Shown in pieces: positions 13,701-25,392 of a DNA stretch of 64,000 nt (position 1 is its first letter; each line of letters opens with the position of its first letter). This DNA is from Cenococcum geophilum. Lineage: Eukaryota. Under the pieces are notes generated by a model, which saw only the letters and a list, made by a program, of their open reading frames with translations, made no database searches and was not told the origin of the DNA. Both the position numbers and the translations under genes were made by a program. Location of the stretch: assembly GCA_050273025.1 (NCBI GenBank), contig CP158636.1, positions 2,108,001-2,172,000 on the forward strand. Reading direction: 5' to 3'.

Positions 13701-14300
13701 GCAACTTGCCTAAGAGGGAAAGTATTTTAGAGAGCTAGTCCAAAGATGCCATTATTACTTTGATAATATTATAGAGAACTAATACTATAAAACGGCAAAA
13801 TAAGTTAAAACCTAAAAGTTAGACTTAAACTAAATTCAAACCTATAATAACGCTAGCGCTTATATTTGCTTCTAAGCAAATCTCGGAATTACTAGGCCCT
13901 ACATTATTAGGTAAGCCACTTTTACTTAAAAATATAACCTTCTAATTTTAAAGAATAAACTTAACTACCTAAAACACTATAGAGCTTTACATAATTTATA
14001 ATATTATAAAAGCTAATATAAAAACTCTAATAATTAAAGAAATTAGTTTTTTACTATTTTAAGAGGTTATAGTCTTAGTAGGGTTTAACTTAGATAAGGA
14101 TTAAATTATAGGTCGATATTAAATCCTATAAGGAGGCTTATATTACCTAATAAGGGGCATTATAAGCCGCATTTTAGCAATATATGCTATACTATAGAAG
14201 TAAAGTAGAATTTATACTTAAGAGTACTAATTATATGTTCTTTTAATAATATCTAGCTATCTATATACTAACAATTACAGCTAAGTATTTAATTATAAAA
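10743..14300. pseudogene. Degenerate, RIP-mutated coding-like tract of unknown products (split by solo LTR at 12443-12862)
   Basis: Codon-like, purine-rich stretches (e.g. 11780-12400 and 13555-13850 on +) with RIP-type stops; no retroelement motif recognised. Confidence 0.35.
12443..12862 (+). mobile_element. Solo LTR related to family D
   Basis: TGTTACGG...CCGTTACA termini; TSD TAGCG at 12438-12442 and 12863-12867. Its last ~190 bp match the reverse complement of 38226-38410. Confidence 0.92.
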
Positions 14301-14329
14301 ACACTGTACTAAATACCACGTAAGCAGAG

Positions 14330-17300
14330 CATAAACCCTCCTAGCATCGCTAATACCCCAATTCGCTAGTCTTTGCGCGGCAAGCCTATATATAAAAAAC
14401 GGTAAAAGACTGCGTCTAAGCAGACCCGTAAGCACTTAGAGTACTTAGATAATAAGTTTATTAATAAAGACACTAAAAGTAAGAGCGATACTTTATTAAC
14501 CTTATTAGCGTATAGCAGTATTCTAAGTTTATTAGGTTAGAAGAAACGTAGTTATAAAAGGGAGTAACCTGCTAGAGTATCTAAAGGTAAATTACGGCAA
14601 GCTACTAAGGATAGCTGCGGCAGTCTAGCTATCTAACCTATAGGGGGTCCTAATAGTATAGAGGAGAATAAAGATAATTATAATGCTTTCTAAAGCGCAA
14701 CCGCTCTAGATCCTAAACTAGCTTAACTATAGGTTATAACCGTAGACGATCTGGCTAGTAATACTATATAGGTTTCTACAGAAGACGATAACCTAGAAGA
14801 AGAGGCCCTTAAAGATATAATAAACAAAGCTAATAGGGAGGTAGAGGCTGCCAATTATATTAAGTAAAGGTATAGGTATATAAGCATATAGGGTATATCT
14901 TGAGTTAGACTAACGTTAGCTTTTTTTAGATTTTAAGAAGCTGCTATAGTAAAAGTAGGCGGTAAGATTAAAAGAATAGAGTAGTAGATATATAAACGCT
15001 TAGCTAAGCTATAGAGGGTTTCTAAAGGGGCCCTCCTAGGGAATAATATGGTCCCTATTCCCTGTAGATAGGGTTTTAATTTAGAGTTTAGAGCGTTCCT
15101 ATACTAGCTATATAGTGTATTTAAGATATTCTACTAGAAATATATAGAGCTAAATAATAGGGTTCTTATAGACGGCAAAGGGACCAGTAAAACAGTAACC
15201 GTATACTTAACTATTATCTTTAACTACTACTATGCCATAAACTTAGACGAAGTAGCTACTAATTAAGCGGCTAGAAATGCTACTTAATATCTACTAAAGG
15301 GCTACTAGGCTAATAGCGTTAAGTATCCTAGCTAGAATAGAGTGCCTCTACTATACTTATACGTAAATCGCAACGCTATATCTATGATACGTAAACAGTA
15401 TAGTGCTAGCCTAGTTATCGCAATTCTATATATTATTACTGCCTAGAGAGATAATTATATTTTATTATTTAAAGACTTACTACTTATAACGCAAGCGCAG
15501 GCACCGCTAAGAGTTATAATATACTATTTAATAGTAGATTTTTCTCTAGGTATAGAGCAGCTAACTTTAGATAAGTAGCTAGAAATAGGAACGTTAGAAA
15601 ACTAAACTACCTATAATACTTTAAATACTTATTAGGCTCTTATAGATAAAGTAAAAACCCCTTACCTATAGTTCTTTAATAGTATCCTACTACTTAAAAA
15701 GGGTAATCCTTTAATTAGAACCCCGGCTGCCTCGGTAATAAGATTTATTATAATTATAATATCTAAATGCCTAAAACAGCGTATTATTAACAACTTTATA
15801 ATTATTAAAAGAGTCTACCGCTTCTTGTCTAACGGTAAGTAAAAGGATAAAGATTAGCAGTCGGTTAAGATTATATTTTTAATAGGGTTTTATAGGATAA
15901 GTTTTATAATAAGAAGAATAAAGAGACTATAATTAACTAATTTCTTTGTTTCTATAAAAGTACTATACTAAAACGCCTTAAATTCTTTGTCTAGGCTATA
16001 TTAGGGACTCTAATAGAGAATAGTATTGTAAATATATATTGGTTTATTATAAGTGGCCTTTTAAATCTAGATTAGGCAAGCGCCTAAGATAATAGCATTC
16101 TTAAAAAATACACGTCCGTTAAAGTTAAAAATATGGCAAAACTATAGAGTTATTTTTTAAAATAAGGAAAGAGTAACCTTAAAGGGGTCTTACAGTCTAT
16201 AGCATATAAAGAATTAGTTTAGGTTAGCGGAGAAATACTTATAAACTTTAAAATTCGCCGTACTTTAAATACTATCGGCTTTAACAGAAGAAAATTAAAA
16301 GTTATTTTAGGCGAGCTCTAAATTTACTACCTAAACTATAAGTATAGAACTGTAGAAATTAAATTGCTATAGGGTATAGAAAGTATAATAGCGTTAGAAA
16401 TAAAAGAGGTATTTTAGCAGAAAATAGTTAAATAAAAAGAAGATAGTTCTCCTAAGGGGAACTAATTAGTATAAATAGCTGGTACCTCCTTAAGTACCTA
16501 CTTTACGTGCTATGTTATAGCAACAACGCCTAGGTTACTTTTATAGAAGGATAGATATAATAAGGATCTGCTAGACGACAACAAAATTAATATATAAGCG
16601 AAATTTCACGCAAAATTAATTAAATCTCCTATTAAAAGCATCTTAGATAAAAATAAGGAGGAAATTCTTTACGGTAATGCAAAGTTTAAGGCGCTTTTAG
16701 CTATCTATTGTGGTGGGGTAAAATGGGCCACTACTTAGTGCCTTAGCATTTTCCTGTATATATTAAGCCTTCGGCTTCTCTCCTTCTCCCTATTACGACC
16801 TACCGGAATATATTCTTTCCTTTCTTTTTACTAACTGCTTTCCTACTAATTGATTACGACTAATAACTGACTGACCGACCGACCGATAGACAGACAGCAT
16901 TGTGACTTCCTATCTAAGAGGGACCGCGTTTACCACCACATTATAAAGAAGTTATATAATTAAAAAACGTTGGGGGGTATTATAGTAAGGTTATTATTGG
17001 TACTAATTTCCTAACTATTAGGGCGGTATATATAGCAGTAAGTAACAAAACACTCTATCTTTTTACCTTTTAATAGCAGCTTGCTTAACCGGAACTCTAA
17101 GTTAATACTTATTTTAGGCCTTAGTTACTAAATATAGCAAGAACGCTATTATATATCTCCCTAGAGGAATATTACTAAAGTAAAAGAACTACATTATCTA
17201 TAACTTATAGAAGCAGCTAAGCAAACCATAAATTCTTTTATTATCTCTAAAGGCTATTATAAAGGGTATTACCCTTAATAAGGCACACTTTATTATGCTT

Positions 17301-17420
17301 ATAAAGCTTCATCCATCCTTTAGTAAATAGGAACAGTTTATATACCGCATCTACCGAATTGGCTAAGAAAACCCTCTTATAATAATATATATTTTATATA
17401 ACACGGCTTTCTATATTAAG
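14330..17420 (+). pseudogene. SNF2/SWI2-family (SF2) ATPase/helicase, RIP-inactivated, intron-containing; start approximate
   Basis: 15095-15200 reads FLY*LYSVFKIFY*KYIELNNRVLIDGKGTSKT, which reverts by transitions to FPHQLYGV...GGVLADGKGTGKT (Q motif plus motif I). 17262-17305 reads KGITLNKAHFIMLIK (motif V). 17331-17375 reads EQFIYRIYRIG*ENP, reverting to Q..RIHRIGQ (motif VI). Intron-like segments at 14870-14929 (GT...GACTAAC...TAG) and from 17038 (GTAAGT). Confidence 0.8.
16709..16940. mobile_element. Solo LTR (distinct family) inserted in the SNF2 pseudogene
   Basis: 8-bp inverted termini TGTGGTGG...CCACCACA; imperfect flanking duplication CTAT/TTAT; composition shift relative to the flanks. 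Confidence 0.7.
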
Positions 17421-17554
17421 GTTGGAATTCTAAATAAGTATAAGTTTAAAAAGACCGCTATGGATAAGATATTAGACGTAGATATAAATAAGCTAAGGAG
17501 TTCGAAGGAGTAGTTAGTAAAAGTGCTCTAGCGAGGTATTTTTAATATTTTAGC

Positions 17555-18440
17555 GTAGAATTAAGCAATATACTAGGCAATTTGCCGCAAAGTCTTATTT
17601 AGTAGAAGAAGTATACTAGGCTGTTATTTTAAGAATTGGGTAATATAGTAGGTAATATGCCGCAGTCTTATAGCTAATAGAAGTTATATGCTAGGGGTTT
17701 TTTTTAATAGAGTAAGTAATGTTTCTTAGCAATATACCGCATTCTTACAGTTAATAGAAGGTATATTAGGTTGTTTTTTATAGAATAGGGCGATATATTA
17801 GTAATATGCCGCAATTCTTATATTAATAAAAGAAGTTTACTATCTTACTATTCAAGGAACTGGGCAATAAGCAACTGGATATATTATAGTGCTCTAGTAA
17901 TAAGCGATAACTGCTAGCTTACTATTTAAGGACCTAAGTAATACGCCAGGCAATATATTATGGTGCTCTATTAATATAATAAGTCTGCTAGCTTATAACG
18001 CAGGAACCGCGTAATATGCGAGCTAATATATTAGAATACTCTACTAATAGGCAACGCCTGCTAGCTTGCAATTTAAAGAATTAGGTAATATATCTAGTAA
18101 TATACAGTAACTTTATGCTTAGTAGTGGAAGTCTACTAGCTTACCGCTTAAAGAACTGGGTAATATACTAAGTAATATACAGCAGTTTTGCGCTTAGTAA
18201 TAGAAGTTTATTAGCTTATAGCTTAAGAAACTAGGCGATATGCTAGGCGATATATAGCAGTTTTATGCCTAATAACTAGAGTATATTAACTTGCCGCTTA
18301 AGGAACTAGGTAATATACCAGGCAATATACGGCAATTTTATACTTAATAATAGAAATCTGCTAACTTGCCGCTTAAAGAACTAGGAGTGTGCCTATTAAT
18401 ATATAGCAATTTCGTATTTAATAAGAGAGGTTTACTAGCC
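17555..18440. repeat. ~75-bp tandem repeat array, ~12 diverged copies
   Basis: aactgggcaatat-like anchor at about 17559, 17634, 17709, 17784, 17857, 17932, 18005, 18079, 18154, 18229, 18304 and 18379. Confidence 0.88.
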
Positions 18441-18465
18441 TACCCCTACGGTTACACTTCCTATG

Positions 18466-18632
18466 CATTAGGAAATTTTTTTTAGCCACGTTATTACGGC
18501 CGAAAATTAGAGTTGTGTATTTGTAGTAAATTGCTATAAATTGCCCGCAAATTGCTAAAATTGTAACTTACGCAGGTTTTGCAGACCTCGATTTTTGCTT
18601 ATAATAATATAGCCAAAAAAAATTTCCTAATG
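18466..18632. repeat. 167-bp fold-back (inverted arms ~45 bp) with internal aattgc repeats
   Basis: Left arm cattaggaaattttttttagccacgttattacggccgaaaat; reverse complement of right arm cattaggaaattttttttggctatattattataagcaaaaat. No TSD around it. Confidence 0.88.
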
Positions 18633-19135
18633 GACTAGTAATTACGCTCGCCTTAGGGGAAATAGTTAAGCTTATTTTTTGTAACTTAGGTTATATTAAG
18701 GACCTTATAGTAGGTAATAAGGTCTTTAAGTATATCTTCCTTAACGGGCTATTTCTACGTAAATATGTTATTTAAGTTCTTATATATAAGCTCTAGGCCT
18801 TATTTTTTAGTATATCTAAGATATAAAGGATCTAGAACTAAACTATATTAAAGTAATCCTAGTCACGGTTAAAGACTCCCTTAATCTTAATATACCAGGT
18901 CTTAAAATTAGCTTATTATTCTAGCGGGGTACCTTTTCCACTAAATATTAGCGGGTTTTTAGACCTCCGTTTTTTCTGCTAGGTTACTACTATTATTATA
19001 GGGGTTAATTGTTTTAGAATGGCGATAGTCTCTACCTAGGAGTTAATAGTTCCTATTTAGGAAGTAATAAGGGCACTAAGGTTTTTATTAGCTTTTTTAT
19101 TGGCGGTGTTTGTGTTATATATATACTATAGTCCT

Positions 19136-21236
19136 GGACTTCACCGCACATACAACCTTACCAAAAGGTAGCGCCACACTCTAAAACTTACGCATACCCA
19201 TCTTACCATCAAAAACAATTGATTTTCCAACTTTTAAGACCTAATTCCTACCGCCTAGCGAGCTAGAAGTGGATTTATTTGTCATTTTACCCCCTTATCC
19301 CAACAGAAAATTTTCTCTAGGGGTGGTCCTAGCTTATAAGCGAGGCACGGACAGGAACACTAAAACCACTACTACTACTACCAATACTAATACCAATAGG
19401 GGCTAGTCTTTCTACTTCCTTTTAGCCTAATCTCCCCAGAAATCTTCTAGTAGGATTAGTAAGGAGAAAGGGTATAAGGGTAGAAAAAACTAGGAAACCC
19501 CCCTATAAGATGCCAAAGTCTAATAAGCATAAAAAAAACCTCCTATAGAAATCAGTGATAATGAGTCTACGACTACATTTACTTTTTCTGCCCCTTCTCC
19601 TTCTCCTGGCCTATTTGGGACAGGAGAAAAAAGAGGACATCCTCAGTTTTCTACTGAAAAAGAAAACCAAAAACCTGTAAAAAAGACAATAAAATTAATA
19701 ACTTTTACGGCTGGTATACCTAGTATATCTTTCCCTCCCCTTTCTCCTAAACAATACCTATAAAAGGCCCTAGAAAGCCTAATACAGGCCTATAAAGAGC
19801 TAGAAGAAGAAGAAAAAGAAGAAGAAAAAAAACAAGTTAAACAGCTAGAGGACTATACACGGAGTATTCTAGTAGGAGAAAATCCCTTTATAAAAGGAAA
19901 AGAAAAGGCAAAAGATATCCTATAAGGATTAGTCGAAGAAGTAAGAGCTCTCCGTAAGGAGGTAGCTCCTACTAAGGAAACCTACGCAGAGAGACTAAAG
20001 AAGAACCTCCCTTCCTCGTCCCCCCTGCCCTCCTTACCAACACCATCTCCTACCCCTTCTACTTCTACTAGAAGTAAGAAAAAGCAGCTACAAGAAAGGA
20101 AGCTAGTCCTTATTACAGACCAAAAGGACTAACCTCTAAATACCTTCTCTATACGAAATAAAGTCAATTAACTATTTGCATTAAAACTGCAAGTAGAAAA
20201 ACCTGTTTTAGCATCTATAGCTAGAACTAAAGGAAAACAAAATATTCTTCTTATAACTACGGAAGAGTATAATGCGGATTTCCTAGTTAAATACAAGGAA
20301 ATCTGGCATAATTGCTTTACTTTTTAAAGAGAATAAAAACTAGAACCATGGGTTTAAATTATAGCCTATGGGGTTCCTACCCTACCTTTCCTAGGAGAAG
20401 GAGGCTCTAAGCTTCTAAAAGAAGAAATTGAGACCTTTAATCCTATAAGGATATAAGGACTACCTAGATGGATCTTATTTAGTGTAAAAAGACACGATCT
20501 ACAGACCAGATTCGGCTCTATAGTTTTTACTATAGAAAACGAAGAAAAAAGACAAGAAATCCTTAAGCAAAAAGAGATATCAATTGCAGGTACAGCTACT
20601 AAGGTAGTAAAATACCTCGAAGTCTCTCCTACTACGCAGTGTACAAGCTGCCAAAAATTTGGCCATATAGGAGATAGGTGCTCTACTAGGGCCTGCAGAT
20701 ACTATGCGGCTGCATATTTATCTAAAGACCATTCCTGTTCTACCTATATAATAACAGGCAAGCCTTACTAGCATACCACCCCTCTTTGCATTAATTGTAA
20801 AGAAAAACACTTTGCTAATAGTAAAGACTGCGAGACTCTTAAAGCTGCTAAACTAGTACGCGAAGAAGATTCTATGGAAGAATAAAAACAGATAGGATTC
20901 TAGAAGGAGGCAACTCCTACTAGGCTCTTAAAATGATATTAGAGAGCAAAAGGACAGAAATAAATTGCAAAAGGATAGGGACAGGGGTTAGGATTTCTTA
21001 TAGTTTTTCTTACCATTTTCTTATTCCCTAGTAGTTGTAGTATCTTAGTATTTTACTAGGAAACTATAAACTCCTAATTTAGGGGTTTATAAACTACTAG
21101 GACATAGCTACTAGTATATATTAAGCTGCCTAGAAAGGATTTATATATATAGAACTATAGCGCCATAGCCCAAGGCTACATGCGCAGTATTGTACGTAGT
21201 ATAATACAATGGATAAAATAAAAAATAAAAAATAAA
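19136..21236 (+). mobile_element. Non-LTR (LINE, Tad1-like) element carrying ORF1 only
   Basis: 13-bp TSD ATACTATAGTCCT at 19123-19135 and 21237-21249; A-rich (TAAAAA)n tail at 21214-21236; ORF1 relic with CCHC knuckles; no RT region. Confidence 0.88.
19510..20885 (+). pseudogene. LINE ORF1 (gag-like nucleic-acid-binding protein) relic
   Basis: CTSCQKFGHIGDRC from 20640 (CX2CX4HX4C) and CINCKEKHFANSKDC near 20787-20831; stop at 20883-20885; internal RIP stops; start approximate. Confidence 0.82.
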
Positions 21237-22506
21237 ATACTATAGTCCTACTTTAATATTATTAAGAAACTCGTTAGTATAGTTAATAAGGATAAGTTAA
21301 GCTTTACTAGGCTTAAAGGTCTTAGGGTACAGTAAGAAGCGGTAGATTATCTATATAGTATTAGGGTATATTTATATAAAGAGGTCTATAAAAATATCGT
21401 AGGGGTTTTAGGTTTTGGCTATTTCGGCGTTATTAGTATTGCCTATTTAGGCGCTAGGTAGAAACTAAGGATTATTTTAGGACTGTGCTAGGGATATATT
21501 AGTTTTAGCAGAGGCGTGCGTAGGTCGCGATTGCTTTAGGGCGGAGGTTAATTAGCTAGGGTATAGGAAATTAGTAATCGCGATAGGGCGTAAATTAAAG
21601 ATACTATAAACTGTTATAGTGCTATAATAAAGTAGACTAAATAACTACGTTATAGTATAAAGAGGAGAAGAAGGTAGAAAGGGGGTATTATATATAAGTA
21701 GTAGTGCCAGCCGCTAAGGCACTAGTGGTGGGCCAGCTAATAGTAGGAAATAGTATGCGTTAAGTTAGTGCTGTAATTCTCTAGTAAATATTAGAGAAGA
21801 GGAGGAGAAATAGCCTCTTTTTCTATATAACTACACTAAAACTTTCCTCCTGTTCCCTATTATTAATAAAGAATACCCATATTATATATTATGGGCCTCC
21901 TTATTAAGTTAAACTTCTTACTACTATCTCCCTCTCTTACCTACCTCCCTAGTTACTAAACTACGCAGAAAACTTAATACCTCGTTTTAATACTTATTCT
22001 ACTTTCTCTTTATAGCTATAAAGCGTTAACTAGTCTCGTCCCTTATCTAATTAATGATTTTGTAAAGTTCTATATAGGTAACGGTTTTAGCTAATAAAGT
22101 AGTAAGCTCGGACCCCTAGAACTCGGTTACCTCCTAAACTCAGTTACCCCACTAAATCGGCCACACCACTTTGGAAGCTATTTACACTCAATAAAATTTA
22201 ATTAATTATTTGCCCTTATATACCATTTAGTATATCGGCTTCTAGTTTTCTATCTAGCGTATTTTAAAGCCTTAATTTTAGCCCCTTTACCTTTATTTTG
22301 GCCTTTTTTCCCTCTGTCTTTACTATAGCTTTGTTAATTGCATCTATATATTTTAGTATTATATTTAGATCTACCATTATCCATTTATATAATTTTGAAC
22401 TTTTAAGGTCTTTAAGTTATAATTATAAGCTATATATTTAAGCCCCTTATATATAGCCTTTAGAATAACTCTCTAAAGTTATTAACTTATTTTTTATAAA
22501 AGTAAC

Positions 22507-24699
22507 TGTTGGTTACACAAGGGGATATCACGTAGCTACGGTTCGTAGATAGTATAATAATTGTTCTGTATATAGAAAGCAAAGGATCGTAAGGATCGTA
22601 GTGCCTAAGTAGGGGGCTGATGAGTCACCATAAGGGTGACTAATCAGAGACGCGCGACCGCGTACCTCTATCCATATATTTTGACACATATATTCCAACA
22701 CTGGCATTTCTTTCTTTGTGCTTATGGTGCTGCAGAAAGGCAGCAAGGCAGTAAGGCAGTAAGGTATCGGTTTAGCTAGAGGTGGAAGTAATAGAAGTCG
22801 GTTAGCTGCAGGCAGGGCAGTAAGGGTTAGTTAGCTGCTAATAAAGCAGCAGGGGTTGGTTAACTGCAGGCAGGGCAGCAAGGGTCTATTGTAATAGCAG
22901 TACGGTGCCAGCGACGGGTCGTTCAGGCGGCAGTATAATGCCGGCAATAGGGTTGTGTTCTAGGGAGCAAAGCTCTACCTAGTCCTGTTCAGGTCATTCT
23001 TATCAGCACGACGGTAATCGGGATCGCATGCATATCGGCACGATCGTTCGGTTGGTAGATCGCAGGTATATTAGTTGCAATAGTTATTGGGTTCGTAGCT
23101 GCCGTAGATACTAGCAGTTCTTTCTTTTATAGATTGCCTGCGTAACTGTGCCGTTCCAACCGCTCCCCCCCCTATATTACTCTCTCTTCACGGTACCCTC
23201 CACAAGAACTTCCTATCTAGATTACGCTGGTAGCCACCTCTGTAGCTACCTTAGGGACTGCAGAAGTCTTGGGATTCCCCTCTACGCTAAATCTTCTAAA
23301 GCTTGTTAAATGTTTGTGGAGAAGTAGAGGCTTATTACGGAGATTGCTGCGGAGATTGCTGCGGAGATTACTAGTGGGACGGAGCTTGAGGCATGGGTTG
23401 AGATACGGCAGCTTAAGGCACTTGAGGTGTTTGATAGCCTGAGGTTATCTGTGGTGGTTGCTGCGGAGGTTCTTGCGGAGGTTCTTGCGGAGGTTCTTGC
23501 GGAGGTTCTTGCGGAGGTTCTTGCGGAGGTTGCTTCGGAGCTTGTTGCGGAGCTTAATGCGGAGCTTATTGCGGAGCTTAATGCGGAGCTTGTTGCGGAG
23601 CTTAAGGCACGGGTTGAGATACGGCAGCCTGAGGAACTTGAGGTGTTTGATAGCCTAAGGTTGTCTATAGTGTTGCTTATGGCTATCCATTATTAGGATT
23701 CCCTTAAGAGTTAAACTTCTTTTAGTGCTCAATCTCTTGTGGAGTCTATTCGTGCTCTTCTTCTACGTTAAGGACTTGCTGAATATTATCTCTAATAGTA
23801 CCCCCATTTATAGGTATAAATACTTTATTCTCCCGTAGGAAGTCTTAAAAATCCTAAATAATATAAATATTGCTAAGTGCCCAGGTGTCGGCAGTCCATC
23901 CTATAAAATCCTCCCTAAAATATTCCCATAGCTATAAATTAGCGTAGTATCTACTTTAGTAAAATAGAATATGGTATAGGAGAAAGCCGTTAACTTATTT
24001 TGCGGTATAAGTTATTATATTAATAGTAAATTCGTCCCAATTTTCGTCGATGAGTTTCGCGTACGTAGCTACCCCTAGTAGTAGGGAGTCTCTCCAGTTG
24101 TTTGGAATAGCCATATTTTCGGAGGAAGGGAAGTGTTGTTAGTGTAGGGATTGTCGTTTGGTACGCGTTCGTCGTTTAGTACGCGTTCATTGTTTAGTAC
24201 GCGTTTGGACGTGTATTTGCGATTATGGGGCTTAGGACCAGTTCTGGCCTTAAATCGCGAAGACTTATAAAGCGTGTTGTTCTGCGTAATAGACGTAAGA
24301 ATCTATAATCTTAGAAAGGCTTAGGACCAGTTCTAGCCTTTAGATCCTTAGATTTATAAAAGAGTTCTATTTAAGGTTTAGGACCAGTTCTAACCTTAAA
24401 AGACAGCTTCCTCTAGCACAAGTAGCACTAGTATAGTGGCTTGTCTCTTCTTAGTGGAATACCTAGCTATTCTATAGTATAACAGTAAAGTTAACTACTA
24501 ATTAGTGTTGGTTACATAAGGGGATATTATATAGCTACGGTTCGTAGATAGTATAATAATTGTTCTATATATAGAAAGTAAAGGATTATAAGGATCGTAG
24601 TACCTAAGTAGGGGGCTAATAAGTCACCATAAGGGTGACTAATCAGAGACGCGCGACCGCGTACCTCTGTCCATATATTCTAACACATATATTCTAACA
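22507..24699 (-). mobile_element. Short non-autonomous Copia-derived LTR element C (2.2 kb, gag N-terminus only)
   Basis: 194-bp LTRs at 22507-22700 and 24506-24699; TSD GTAAC/GTAAT. Minus strand 23710-23930 is homologous to Copia gag 48000-48235 (gggagaata.agtatttat.cctata.atgggggtactatta). No pol. Confidence 0.88.
23335..23680 (-). repeat. 12-bp microrepeats and ~80-bp duplication within C gag (encode PQEP/PQQA repeats on the minus strand)
   Basis: (gcggaggttctt)x5 at 23463-23522; 23382-23462 duplicated at about 23598-23678. Confidence 0.85.
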
Positions 24700-25392
24700 G
24701 TAATTAAGCCTTTTAATTAAGTATATACTTATTATAAAGGCCTTAAGCTATATAATATATATTATAAGGCTTCTTTAGGGTTGTTATATTATTAAATTAA
24801 TTACTATTAGCTTTTTTAAAGCTTAACCCCTTTATTAAAGCCCTATTTTTTACCTAAAATATTTATAGCCTTTAAATAGACTTTATAAATAAATACTAAA
24901 GATATACTACCTAAAATTAGTTATTTTTATTATAAGGCCTTTTTCTAGGTCTTATAGTAATACTTAGTAAAATAGTACTTCTTTATTAGAGCTATATTAC
25001 TAAGATATATATACTTTATAATTTACTTAAAATATTTTAACCTAATAGAGGAGATTTAAAATAGCTTTAAGGGTTATTATATTAAATAAAGTAGCTAAAA
25101 AGAATCCATATATTGTATATTTTATATTTTATTAAAAACTTAACTATATAATAACTTATATAGCTATTAAAGAAATATAATTAAGCTTTATTATTAAAAA
25201 AAATAGTTTTAAGTATAAATTTTTTTTAATAAATTGCCTAAATATAATACAATTAGCCATTTAACTATTTTTTGGGCTATGGATATTTAATAAAATACTT
25301 TACCTTAGTATACTTATATTAATTAAGGGTATTTTCCTTTAAAATAAATTGTCTAGCAAAGGGCAAATATTGTCTTTATAATAAATACCTAT

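Larger units (their letters stand above)
18633..21778 (-). mobile_element. Truncated Gypsy element F (B-related): 5' LTR plus N-terminal gag, interrupted by a LINE-like insert
   Basis: LTR 21612-~21778 nearly identical to the B LTR. Minus-strand gag (KNPLIFSGKGTP near 18930-18965) is homologous to B gag (KNLTPFNGKGSP near 7395-7430). 18632-18715 aligns with B 7077-7160 and then stops at the fold-back. Confidence 0.85.

Noticed and set aside
17555..18440. CRISPR array
   Set aside because: Contiguous degenerate tandem units with no unique spacers, no cas genes, and a eukaryotic context.
18633..18640. CTAG-T / CTAGT(G>A) after the fold-back as a Helitron or CACTA terminus
   Set aside because: ggactagta aligns with Gypsy B gag (7077-7085), so it belongs to element F rather than to an element end.
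22617..22647. Hammerhead ribozyme (CTGATGA plus stem) in the C LTR
   Set aside because: The stem is followed by TAATCAG, not GAAA. It is a simple inverted repeat and lies antisense to the element.
23427..23696. Track ORFs with LAEV / RRFL repeats as real genes
   Set aside because: Antisense shadows of 12-bp repeats in the minus-strand gag of element C.
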